NCBI GenBank assembly: GCA_001179505.1
Contig: CDMY01000510.1
Location: 186,001-250,000 of the forward strand
DNA: 64,000 bases
Source: Vitrella brassicaformis CCMP3155
Lineage: Eukaryota; Protista; Chromerida
Direction: 5' to 3'
The translations under genes and the position numbers were made by a program. Shown piece after piece: positions 1-9,976 of the stretch. The notes below the pieces were generated by a model, which was not told the origin of the DNA, made no database searches, and saw nothing but the letters and a program-made list of their open reading frames with translations. How positions within the stretch are numbered: position 1 is the first letter of the stretch; each line of letters starts with the position of its first letter.

Positions 1-487
1 CCACGACATCCGTGTCAACTCAGTTTCGCCTGCGTTCACCGGTCCTGGCTTCATGTGGACGCGGCAGGTGGAGCTGCAGGCCGAGGCGGGGTCGATACAC
101 TATGGTCAGTCAGTCGCGATGGATGGAGCCAACTCCCACCACACCACACAAAGAGAGCCATCCATCCATCCATCCATCCAGCCTGTGTATGTGTGTGTGT
201 GTCAGATAAGGACCCCAAGGTCGTTGCACAGCAGATGATCGGATCAACACCCCTGAGGAGGTGGGTCGAAGTGACACACACACACACACACACACACACA
301 GAGAGAGAGAGAAAGAGGGAGAGACATTGCAAGTGTGTTGCTATATCATGAACGTGCGTGTGTGTGCGTTTGCGCGCACAGGTATGGTTCTGTTGACGAG
401 GTGATCGGCCCCGTGACCTTCCTGCTGAGTGACGACGCCTCATACCTCACCGGGATCGATATCCAAGTCACGGGCGGGATGAACTAA
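1..487 (+). CDS. Short-chain dehydrogenase/reductase, 3' part (xylitol/polyol dehydrogenase-like); exons <1-104, 206-260, 382-487
   Basis: The spliced translation is HDIRVNSVSPAFTGPGFMWTRQVELQAEAGSIHY-DKDPKVVAQQMIGSTPLRR-YGSVDEVIGPVTFLLSDDASYLTGIDIQVTGGMN*. This is a typical SDR C-terminus, and the GT-AG introns keep frame. Confidence 0.9.
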
Positions 488-1624
488 CTGATCAGCTGAC
501 GGACTGACGCACCCACCTGTTGCCGAGAGAGAGAGAGAGACAGACAGCCAGCCGATGCGATGTCCCGTTTTCTGTCCACTTTGTGTATCTGTTGTGTCTT
601 CCCATGCACTCACTGCACGTGTATGTGTATGTGTATGTGTGTGTGTGAGTGAGGCGGTAATTCATCATTCATTCGCGAGGGCAGCCCAGCCTGGTAGAGA
701 GAGAGAGAGAGAGAGAAAGAGAGGTCTGTCGTGTCGTGTGGGAGTGAGGTCTTTATGTGGCGGTCGGCTTGCGGCGAAGGAAGGCATGTGTCTGTCTGAG
801 ATGCGAGGCTGGACGGGATGGCCAGTCGCTTCTGTTGCGATCCAGCAGACGCGGTTCACCCTCCACCCACCCACGTGTCAGTGACAGGTGCTGCATGCCT
901 CTGTGATTCGTGATTTCAGTGGCCAAGCTGAGGGCGTTCCGGTTTCCGTGTTATGTGTGTGCGGAGCGGCATGTGTGGTGCTCTCGTTGGTCTGATGCGT
1001 GTATCTGTTTACGAGGAAGACCTGCAGGGTGGGTCGCATCTGCTGTCCAGCAGATGCGGGTCGCCGTGCCGGTGGCCGCCGTTGACAGATTCATGACATC
1101 AAGACAAAGTGACCGATGAGGGACTGTGGACACACACGAGTGAGACACAAATCAAACTGAATCAGGCAGGGAGAATGGGCATTCAAGAGATCAGTCATGC
1201 GTGGGCAGATCTGCAGAAGTCTTGCCATTCGATCATACACACACACACACACACACACACATGCACCTACACATCCGTCGGCTCACCTTCCGCCCACCCC
1301 TCTGTGCCCGTGTCTGCACAGCAGTTTTTCAGTCTGCAGACGATGGTTCTGCCCGTTGTTTTTCTCGGGCTTCTCAGCTGTTGCTATAGCTATTCAGCTC
1401 CATTCTTTAAGCGGTCGCGTCACTCGCAATGGAGAGAGAAGAGAGAGGTCTCACGAATGAATGGCATACACAAGAGAGAGAGACACGGTCAGTGAGTGAC
1501 ACAGAACATCGGTACGTGGCTAGCTATCTATGTATTTACAATGGCGGCCGCACCGCCCCCGTGTCTGGTGTCTGCCTGTCCATCTCATCTATCTTATCTA
1601 TCCACGTGCGCTTGTCTCTATCAG

Positions 1625-2157
1625 CTACGCCTTGGTCTTCTCTATCGCGTTCCTCGCAAGGTGGAAATGCCCAACCAACGCACCCAACTGCACACACACA
1701 CACACACAAACACGCACGCACACACACACGCACACACGCACACAGAGCACCACCGACATATGAGAGGCCTCCCAGTGTCGGCCTGCGCGAGTGGGCGCGT
1801 GCCTGTGTCTTCTCCGTTGCGCCCTTGGCGAGGGCCGCCCTGATGTCGCCATACACAGCACACACACATGACGACGGTGTGTGTGTGGTGTGCTGTCTGG
1901 TGGATGGGGGCTCACTCACTCTATCTCGGACAGGCTTGAGAAGAGGGGGAGTCGGGCCGTGTTGGGCATCTGGGTGCGGGACAGCTTCTCAAACACCCCT
2001 AATTACCCACACGACCGACACGACTCATAGAGGCACGCAGGGCAGGGCAGGGCGGTGTCAGTGTGTGTGTGTGTGTGGTGGCCTGACCCTGAATGACGTC
2101 AGTGAGGGCATAGCCGCACCGCGCACACACCGCATCGATGTCTGACCAACGACACAT

Positions 2158-2195
<38 letters not shown>

Positions 2196-4533
2196 CAGAA
2201 GATCAGTCCTCGTTGCCTTTGCGAGTGTGTGTGTGTGTGTGAGTCACCTGTAAATGCGTCCGAGAACGTCTTGGTCATGAGTGTGTCGAACATGCTGTCG
2301 ATGTCCGTCTGCAGGGGCGTCCCTGACCACACACACGCACACGCACACACCCGCCCATCACACAGGTCGAGGAACTTTCCGCTGCCTCGCCCACATGGAT
2401 ATACCTGTGGTGAGGTACACCGCATTCTCGTCGATGCGATCGAAGGCCATGGAGGCCGCCTGACACACACACACCCAGACACCGTCAGAGAGCAGATTGA
2501 GTGGATGGATGGATGGATGTGGTGGCAAGCGAAGCGGCCTGTCCTGTCCACCTGCATAATGTTGAGGACGCGACGCATGTCGCCGCCGCCGATTTTGATG
2601 AGGGCTTGAAGGCCGTCCTCGGGGATGGTGAGCCTGGCAGTCAGTCAGTCAGTCAGTCGGGCGCACACACAGAGAGAGAGAGAGAGTGAGTGTGACAACA
2701 CGGTTCCCCCCCTCCCTCTCTCTCTCCCTCCCTCTCTGCCAGCCCACCCACTTTTCCTCAGCTGCGATGTAGTCGATCCGGCCGCGCACGTCGTCATCAG
2801 CCAGGGGGCCGAACCGGAATCTGACAGACAGAAGGCAAGCAGACAGACAGACAGACACACAGACATTAGGCGTCTGTCTGTGTGTGTGTCAGCCTGCCTA
2901 CTTGGTGCATCGCGACTGGAGTGCGGGTATGATCTTCTGCACATAGTTGCATATCAGACCGAAACGGGCGTGCGCCGAGTACTGCTCGATGACTTTGAGA
3001 CACAGACAGACAGACAGACAGACAGGCGCACAGACAGACAGCGCACGGACAAGCCGTTCGTTCATGTGTTGTGTTGGTGGGGTGGTGGTCGGTTTGTGTG
3101 TGTGGGGGGGGGGGGGGGGNNNNNNNNNNNNNNNNNNNNNNNNNNNNNNNNNNNNNNNNNNNNNNNNNNNNNNNNNNNNNNNNNNNNNNNNNNNNNNNNN
3201 NNNNNNNNNNNNNNNNNNNNNNNNNNNNNNNNNNNNNNNNNNNNNNNNNNNNNNNNNNNNNNNNNNNNNNNNNNNNNNNNNNNNNNNNNNNNNNNNNNNN
3301 NNNNNNNNNNNNNNNNNNNNNNNNNNNNNNNNNNNNNNNNNNNNNNNNNNNNNNNNNNNNNNNNNNNNNNNNNNNNNNNNNNNNNNNNNNNNNNNNNNNN
3401 NNNNNNNNNNNNNNNNNNNGGGGGGGGGGGGGGGGGGGGTAAGCCAAGCCCCCGACAGACTTCGTCTCATGGCGAACTGTGCCTGGTTGGTCATGCTGTC
3501 GGCCTCGTCGAGTATCACCATCTTCACCTGACCCGCCTCACTGACAGACACATCACACACATCACACCATACACACACTCACACAAACTGACTGCCTGAT
3601 TGACTGATTCAAGTGGCCCGTGTGTGGCTCGCTCGACTCTGACTGACCGTTTGAAGGAAATGGTTTGCTGGGCGACGAAGGTCTTGATCTCGTTCCGCAC
3701 GACGTCGATGCCGCGGGCGTCTGAGGCATTCAGCTCCAGCACCATCGACTTGTAGCGATTCCCATACATCTCCTGCAGCCAGCAGCAACACAACACACTG
3801 GATGGATGGATGGATGGAACCACCACACACACACACACGCGCGCGCGCTCACAGCACTCACTGCTCAACCAACCAACCTACCAACCTTTGCACAGGCCAG
3901 AATGGTGGATGTCTTGCCGGTGCCTGCACACACCACACCCGAGAGCATCTCTCCCCGTGCACGGCCGCCTCTCTGTGTGTGTGTACCATACCAGGCGGTC
4001 CGTGTAGCAGCATGTGTGGCAGACGGTTCGAGTCAACCAACTTGCGAACTGAACACACACTCACACGCACACAGACGATTACTGCCCGCTCGTCGAGTGC
4101 TGTGGTATGATGGTCGGTTCCCTCCCTCACTGGTGGTGATGATGTCCTTGTGCGCCACGAGGTCCCCGAGGGTCTTCGGGCGGTACTTCTCCACCTGACA
4201 TCATCCTCAGCGGGCCAGCCACAATAGATAGATGAGTTGTGCGGTGTGCGCGTCATCCGTCTGTCTGTCTGTCTGTCGGGCGTAGCGTACCCACGGCAGC
4301 ACTTCCATGCCTCCGACCGTCTGAGCAGCCGCCTTCAGATCTGCCGCTGCTGCTGCCCCATGCTCCTGCAAACATCCAGACATCCAGATATCTGGATGCG
4401 GTGCATTCGTCGGCATGCATGGCATGCCAGGCTCTCTCTCGTGCGTGTGTGTGTGTTTGCTCGTGTGGTGTCTGACCTGGTCCTCCATGTCGTGGTCACC
4501 GTGGTCATCATGCATGATCTCGTCCTCGTCCAT
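1625..4533 (-). CDS. RFC5: Replication factor C small subunit (human RFC5 / yeast Rfc3 type), multi-exon
   Basis: Exons encode LPW-VEKYRP, LPHMLLHGPP-GTGKTSTILACAK, VLELNASDARGIDVVRNEIKTF, KMVILDEADSMTNQAQFAMRR, IIPALQSRCT-RFRFGPL, GGDMRRVLNIMQ and KTQ-LGALVGHF. ATG at 4533, TAG at 1625. Confidence 0.95.
3120..3419. other. Assembly gap (300 N) flanked by poly-G
   Basis: Fixed-length N run inside an RFC5 intron. Confidence 1.
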
Positions 4534-4627
4534 CGTGATGGACTGAAAAGGTTTGGCAGAGATCCCAACCAAACTTCGCTGATATATCAGCTACAAAGCT
4601 ACCAAGAGAAGCCGAAATGGCCTCAAA

Positions 4628-4671
4628 GCACGTCTAAGTTCGCAGGGCTTGAACCCTGCGACAGTGGGGCT
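4628..4671. repeat. ~45-bp direct repeat, copy 1, with 8-bp hairpin
   Basis: gcacgtctaagttcgcagggcttgaaccctgcgacagtggggct is near-identical to 6364-6408. Stem TCGCAGGG/CCCTGCGA. Confidence 0.85.
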
Positions 4672-5056
4672 GAGTGGTTTTTCCCATTGCAATTAAGTGC
4701 CCATGAAGGCTGGTGCCGCGCTCATCCGTAGCGTTGAAATGAAAGGGGACGACCAGACACCTCATCTACGTGTCTAACACGAAAGCAACAACCAACAAAT
4801 GGCCTGAGACTACACACCTTCACACCAGAGCAACCGCATGGACATCCTATCCCAGTCGGCCAAAGCCCAAATTACATTCCCGTGAACACTGAAAACAAGA
4901 AGCTCATTCATGCAAACACCGGCACCCTGCTGCTGCAAACACCAGCACCCTGCTGCAAAAACAAGCAAAGAAACAAAGAGCGGACCTACAGACCACTCAA
5001 GTCAGGCAATATGCGCCAGTCACCGGACACACACACATCTCTGTCCCCTCCCCCCC

Positions 5057-6112
5057 TCATGCATGATATTCCACCGTCCCTCTGTTGATGACGGCATCGG
5101 CCAGGTCGAAGTGACTCAGCACGCCACGCCAGCGGGACACCGATGTGGGGAAGCGGTGAGCGAGCGGCTGAGACCGATCGCCAACAGACCGCTCGGTCGT
5201 CTGCAGAGAGATGTGGTTGCTGCACGTCACCCCTAGATAGGCAGCGACGTCCTCGTAGGGCCGGAAGCCGCTCACAACCACATGACGGCGGTCGTGTGGG
5301 TTGGTATCATTCAGGTTGCCGCCGTCGAGGCGGAAGTCCACAGCGATGGCCCCCTGCTGCTGCTCGCTGATGGGCTCAGTCAGCAGACGGCGATGGCGGT
5401 TGTCATCATCGCCGATGGGAGCAGCCAGCACGCACCTTTCGCCCACCCCCCTATCATAGGGCCACCACCCGAGCATCGTGTCCAGGAGGAACGACGCGAA
5501 TGAGCGGTAGAGTATGTTGCAGTCCCATCGGATGACGGGATCGGTCGTCTTGTAGCCGATGCGATAGGGGTGGTTGGCCGGCAGCTCACTCAAGGGCACC
5601 ACACGGAACGTGGTTCGATAGTCGATCGCCTGATAGATCCGATAGACACCGTTGTCACCGGCTCGCTGCAGCGCCAGGCTGTGTCCGTGGTAGGTGAGGC
5701 TGTGGCCGATGGCCTTGTAGAGCGCCATGGCGAGCGGCAGCTGGTGGAAGGCTGTCGGAGAGGGCAGTGCATCAGCCGACAGCCGCAGGGGCAGAGTGGA
5801 ATTGGGTGTGAGCCGATAGATGGCGGCCAGCCGAATAAACCGCCCCATCGCCCGCCACTCCTCGCCACTGCCCTGCTCCAGCAGGTAGACCAATCTCAAG
5901 CCGGCCTCCAGATCATCCCCAATGTCGAAGGCCAACGCGTCCTCCAGCCCGAGACGACTGATGGCCTTGTTGATGTGCTTCTGGACGCCGTTGAGCAGGG
6001 TGCTGTTGACGGTCTCCGCAGTATGGCCCAGCAGCTCCTGTTGCCGAGTGCCGTTGACGATCTGTGAGCGGAGAGCGGCTCGTTTGGCACCGTCAATGAC
6101 CATGCGGGCCAT
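5057..6112 (-). CDS. Intronless hypothetical protein (~350 aa), probable lineage-specific multicopy family
   Basis: Uninterrupted ORF with coding-like codon usage and no microsatellites. Likely start MARMVIDG at 6112. The motif LRLSADALPSPTAFHQLPLAMALYK resembles, from recall only, an expanded Vitrella family of unknown function. Confidence 0.8.
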   Translation of the reverse strand: MARMVIDGAKRAALRSQIVNGTRQQELLGHTAETVNSTLLNGVQKHINKAISRLGLEDALAFDIGDDLEAGLRLVYLLEQGSGEEWRAMGRFIRLAAIYRLTPNSTLPLRLSADALPSPTAFHQLPLAMALYKAIGHSLTYHGHSLALQRAGDNGVYRIYQAIDYRTTFRVVPLSELPANHPYRIGYKTTDPVIRWDCNILYRSFASFLLDTMLGWWPYDRGVGERCVLAAPIGDDDNRHRRLLTEPISEQQQGAIAVDFRLDGGNLNDTNPHDRRHVVVSGFRPYEDVAAYLGVTCSNHISLQTTERSVGDRSQPLAHRFPTSVSRWRGVLSHFDLADAVINRGTVEYHA

Positions 6113-6363
6113 CTTGCTGATGGGCAATGACAGGTCAAAGAGGCCGGCGGGCTGGAAGAGCGGAGGGCTGGGGGGACGGGACGAGGGCGCTGCACCAGTG
6201 GGCTGCATCGTGACTGTCCGAGGCCTGAGGGAGGGGCGTGGTATGGGGGGATCCCTTCAGTGTCTTGAAAGCTCCAGATCTGACCGGCTGTGACGTCCCT
6301 TGCGCGTCATCTTCCCTGACCGCGCGGCAAAGAGAATCCAAACGGCAAAAGTGTTCACCGTGT

Positions 6364-6408
6364 GCACGTCTAAGCTCGCAGGGTTTCAAACCCTGCGACT
6401 GTGGGGCT
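6364..6408. repeat. ~45-bp direct repeat, copy 2, with 8-bp hairpin
   Basis: gcacgtctaagctcgcagggtttcaaaccctgcgactgtggggct. It is flanked by a separate 20-bp repeat pair (6304-6323 and 6454-6473). Confidence 0.85.
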
Positions 6409-6506
6409 TCTCTTGGAAGGAAAGGTAGCCACAAAACGCCCCTATTTCGCATCGCGTCGTCTTCCCTGACCGCACTGCATCGCCCTATCAGCAAATATCG
6501 TCGTGC

Positions 6507-8132
6507 ATGGCCGACAGATCCCGCGGCAAGAGGCAGCGTCTCCTGGAGTGTCGCCCTTCGCCGAGGGAGAGCTCTGCTGCTGATACGGATGATGATTCGC
6601 CGTATGAGTTGCCCAGCGCCGCCCCATGCGACTCACTGAGTGGCTTGCCGGCACCACTGGTGCATTCGGTTGGCTCCCTTCTGGACGACAGGTCGCTCGG
6701 GCGGTTCCTGAAGGTGTGCAGGGAGATCAGCAGCTTGTTCACTGGCACTCAGGTGAGAACGAAAGAAATAAAGACACACACACAGACAGGCAGAAAACAT
6801 ACAAGTCATTTTGGCTTCTGCATTTGTCTGTCTCTTCTCAGGGTGAGTTCTTCTGGCGTCATCGGTGCATCCACACCTGGCGTCCTCATCCCGCCCTCGC
6901 CCCACTATTCACCCACACGCCCCTCGCCCTCCCCCCAGCCCTCACATGGCAATCCTTCTATGCGTCGAGGCGCAGCCTATTTCGCTCTCTGACCATTCGT
7001 CTGGTCGGCTTCTCAGCTGCAGATGAGAGGGCGCTTCGAGCCCTTATATCCAGCTGTGGAGGGCGGTGTGTTGGTGCTGGCGGTGAGACGGCCAGTCGAA
7101 GGCGGCGGGATGAGTGTGTGACGCATGTGGTGGTGAGGCGGTGTGTGAGTGCGGGCGAGAGGGGGCAGATCTTGACGGACAGGCCCTGTCTGGTGGAGCA
7201 GTGGCTGGTGGACTCCTTTCATCAGGGTGGGTAGATGGGGCAGAGAGGCAGCCCGACAGCTGGGGATGCAAGACGCAAAGATGGTTGGTGTCGGTGTACG
7301 TATGTGTATGGGATTTGCAGGCCGTGTCCAGCCGAGGCATCATCTCTCGTGTCCGGCCAAGTACTCGCGGTGGCAGGTGTGTGTGTGAACATGGTCAGAG
7401 AGTCAGAGTGGAGATGCGCATCAGCCAAGCTCTGCCGTGCCTCTCGTGCAGTGCCCCGGCCAGTGTGCGAGTCCGCGTTCGACCGACACTGCCCCCCCTG
7501 CCCTCTCGGCCCCCATCCCCGAAACGTGCTACGCATTGCCGTTGTTCCACAACTTCGTCTTCTGCACCACCGGGCTGACCACAGCAGACAGGTGAGCAAC
7601 TGGGAGGCATGCTCTCGTGTGTCGTCATCCACCCACCCATCCATCCATGGTATGCAGGCGGCTTCTCGCATCGACGGTGCAGCGTCACGGCGCGCGGTAC
7701 TGTCAGACCCTGAGGATACACATGGGGGATGACCCACAGGTATGTGTGTGTGTCGACCACCACACACACTCACCCTTTCACTCGCCCGTTTATGTCTCTC
7801 ACGCCTGTGTCAGCGGCAGACCACTCATCTCGTCGTTGCCGGCACGCCAGACACCAAGGTAGATGCGATGCGGTGCACATGGTGTCCCCTTTGACAGTGG
7901 CAGATGGCCATACCGTCTCCCTGTCTCTGTGAGTGTGCAGAAGGTCACGGCCGGGCGGACCGACCCCAATCTCTTCATCGTCACGCCACAATTCGTGAGC
8001 AGAGTGGGGCACCTGTGTGTGTATGCCCTTCTGCACGTGGCTGAGCTGCCTGCGTGTGTGCAGGTGCATTTGTGCGTCAAGAACCAAGATCTGCTGTCTG
8101 AGTGGTTCTTTGCTGTCGGCACAGCCAGATAA
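6507..8132 (+). CDS. F-box-like plus two BRCT-domain protein, multi-exon
   Basis: F-box-like LSGLPAPLVHSVGSLLDDRSLGRFLKVCR. BRCT1: IRLVGFSAADERALRALISSCGG...VTHVVV...LVEQWLVDSF. BRCT2: PLFHNFVFCTTGL...QRHGARY...TTHLVV...FIVTPQFVHLCVKNQDLLSEWFF. TAA at 8132. Confidence 0.75.
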
Positions 8133-8635
8133 GGGCGGGTGTGTGGGTGTCTGTCGGGCGTGTTGCGTTCTTGTCGTGGTGGTGCGCAGACGCTTCGTCA
8201 ATGACGACAGATATCGCATGTCGTGTCTCGTGTCTATATGTCCCGTCCGTTCCTGTTCTTTCGCCGTTTGTTTCCTCTGTCGCAGCGCTCAGCAACGTCA
8301 CTCGCATCATGCTGCTTTCGCATGTTGCTGATGCGGCGATGACGGGCGCCGTGTGAGAGGAAATGAAGGGCAAAACCGACAAGGAGGGCTTTTGCTGAGT
8401 GACAGACGGCTCGGACGTCCTCGTTGTGAGACGTACGCTGACTGAATGGGGGCGGTGTGTGATATATGGTGGTCGGTTGTCTCGCATGAAAGGTATTGAG
8501 AAAGATGCATCTCATGGTCACGTCCACAGTCAATCCATCCATCGAGCCCGCTTCTCTTCTCCAACCTTAACCACACATATGAATGCACTCACCCACCGGC
8601 CCCTTCCCTTCCTCCCTATGCACTCGCACACGCAG

Positions 8636-9590
8636 CTACCCAAGCCGATGCGCCTCGCCCGAGAAAGGCCTGAATCCCCGCCGCTGCGCCGCTGCCTCCT
8701 CCTCCCCCCCCTCGCCCGCACCAGGTGGTGCCCCTGGCTGCTGCCCTTGCGCGCCAGGGCCTGGTGGTGCTCCTCCTCCTCCGGCCTCGCCAGTAGTGCC
8801 GCCGTTCTGTCTTGGGGGCACCGCTCCATATGGTGGATAGTAGGCGCCATAGCCAGGGCCCTGCTGTCCTCCGTAGCCATAGGGCCCCGCGCCATAGGGC
8901 CCCGCGCCATATATCGGGTACTGAGGGGGTGGGGGTGCGTAGAAGGTGCCGGCTAAGTAGGCCATCTCCTGGTCGCGCATGAGCTTGTATATCTTCCACG
9001 AGACGAAGGCGCCGGCGGCTCCCAGAAGGGGCGAGAGGAGGAGAATGATGAAGAGAAAGGTGGTGGGGGCGTCAGAGGGTGGGAAGATCTTGAAGGGGGT
9101 GTCCTGGGTGCCCTCCTGGATGGCCCGTGTGACCAGTATCAACACGCCGAAGATGCAGTTGAAGGCGCAGAGCACGCAGTACCTGGATGACCGTGGCTGA
9201 AACATAACGATGGATGGATGGACGTTTCTCGCTCTCTGTTACCAGACGCAATAGAGTGCTGTAGTGTAGTCCTCCTTAATGGCGCAGTAGCCAATGCCCA
9301 GCAGAATAATGTCGGTGAAAGCCCCCCATATGTCGTGAATGATCAGCCGCAACACCGTCACCGACGCCTGCAGCACACAGGCGCACACACACACAGATAG
9401 ATGAGAAGCCCTCCATTCCGACACTGCAGTCAACGCATGAATGCATCAAGTCCTCTCAAACAGCATATATGAGCCTTCTACATACCTGCAGGCATACAAT
9501 GATTATGAGCGCAGGTTTCCACCGGTTCGTCACTGCAGGCGGGGGCGGCGCACCGACGAGAGGCGGCTGCAGAGATATCGGGACCACCAT
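8636..9590 (-). CDS. Multi-pass membrane protein with Gly/Pro/Tyr-rich tail and C-terminal SHP-like motif
   Basis: Three exons encode about four hydrophobic segments (PALIIIVCLQ..., DIWGAFTDIILLGIGY, CVLCAFNCIFGVLILV, FLFIILLLSPLLGAAGAFVSW), then YGAGPY repeats and the ending FRPFSGEAHRLG*. Confidence 0.75.
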
Positions 9591-9976
9591 GGGGCTGAGA
9601 AGCGATGAAGAACGATAGAAAGCGGGAGCAGGGGTCTCCTACGGACGTCCAGCGAAGCCCCGATGGATGGCCTGGCCGGTTACTGCTGGAAGGCTGAATT
9701 ACGGCACCAAATCAGCCACAGTGAAGCTCGATTTTCACTGCAGATGCTCAAATTAGCCGTCGAGTGACCCTGTGATGGGGTGAAAATGCGTTCGGATCTT
9801 CTTTCCCATCTGAGGCGTTTCGCGGAAGATCGCAATGCCATGCATGCACAGATTAGTGCCGAGCATAATCGGCTCCTCCAGTCCAAACTTCGGAGCCCCA
9901 TCATCTCCTGAACGTGGCTTAGTCCCCTTTGAAGCTCGAGTGAGACGCTGAAAGACGCCCCCCGCACCCCCGGAGG

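Noticed and set aside
12-2600. Numerous short ORFs rich in HTHT, VCVC, RERE or SIHP (also throughout the window)
   Set aside because: These are translations of intronic (CA)n, (GA)n and (ATCC)n microsatellites.
2625-3599. ORFs spanning N gaps (also near 37.1-38.2, 38.9-39.5, 42.2-43.3 and 52.2-52.9 kb)
   Set aside because: They are open only because N codons are not stops.
4628-4671. tRNA gene suggested by the T-arm-like hairpin (also 6364-6408)
   Set aside because: No acceptor stem, D-arm or anticodon arm is present, so only the motif is reported.
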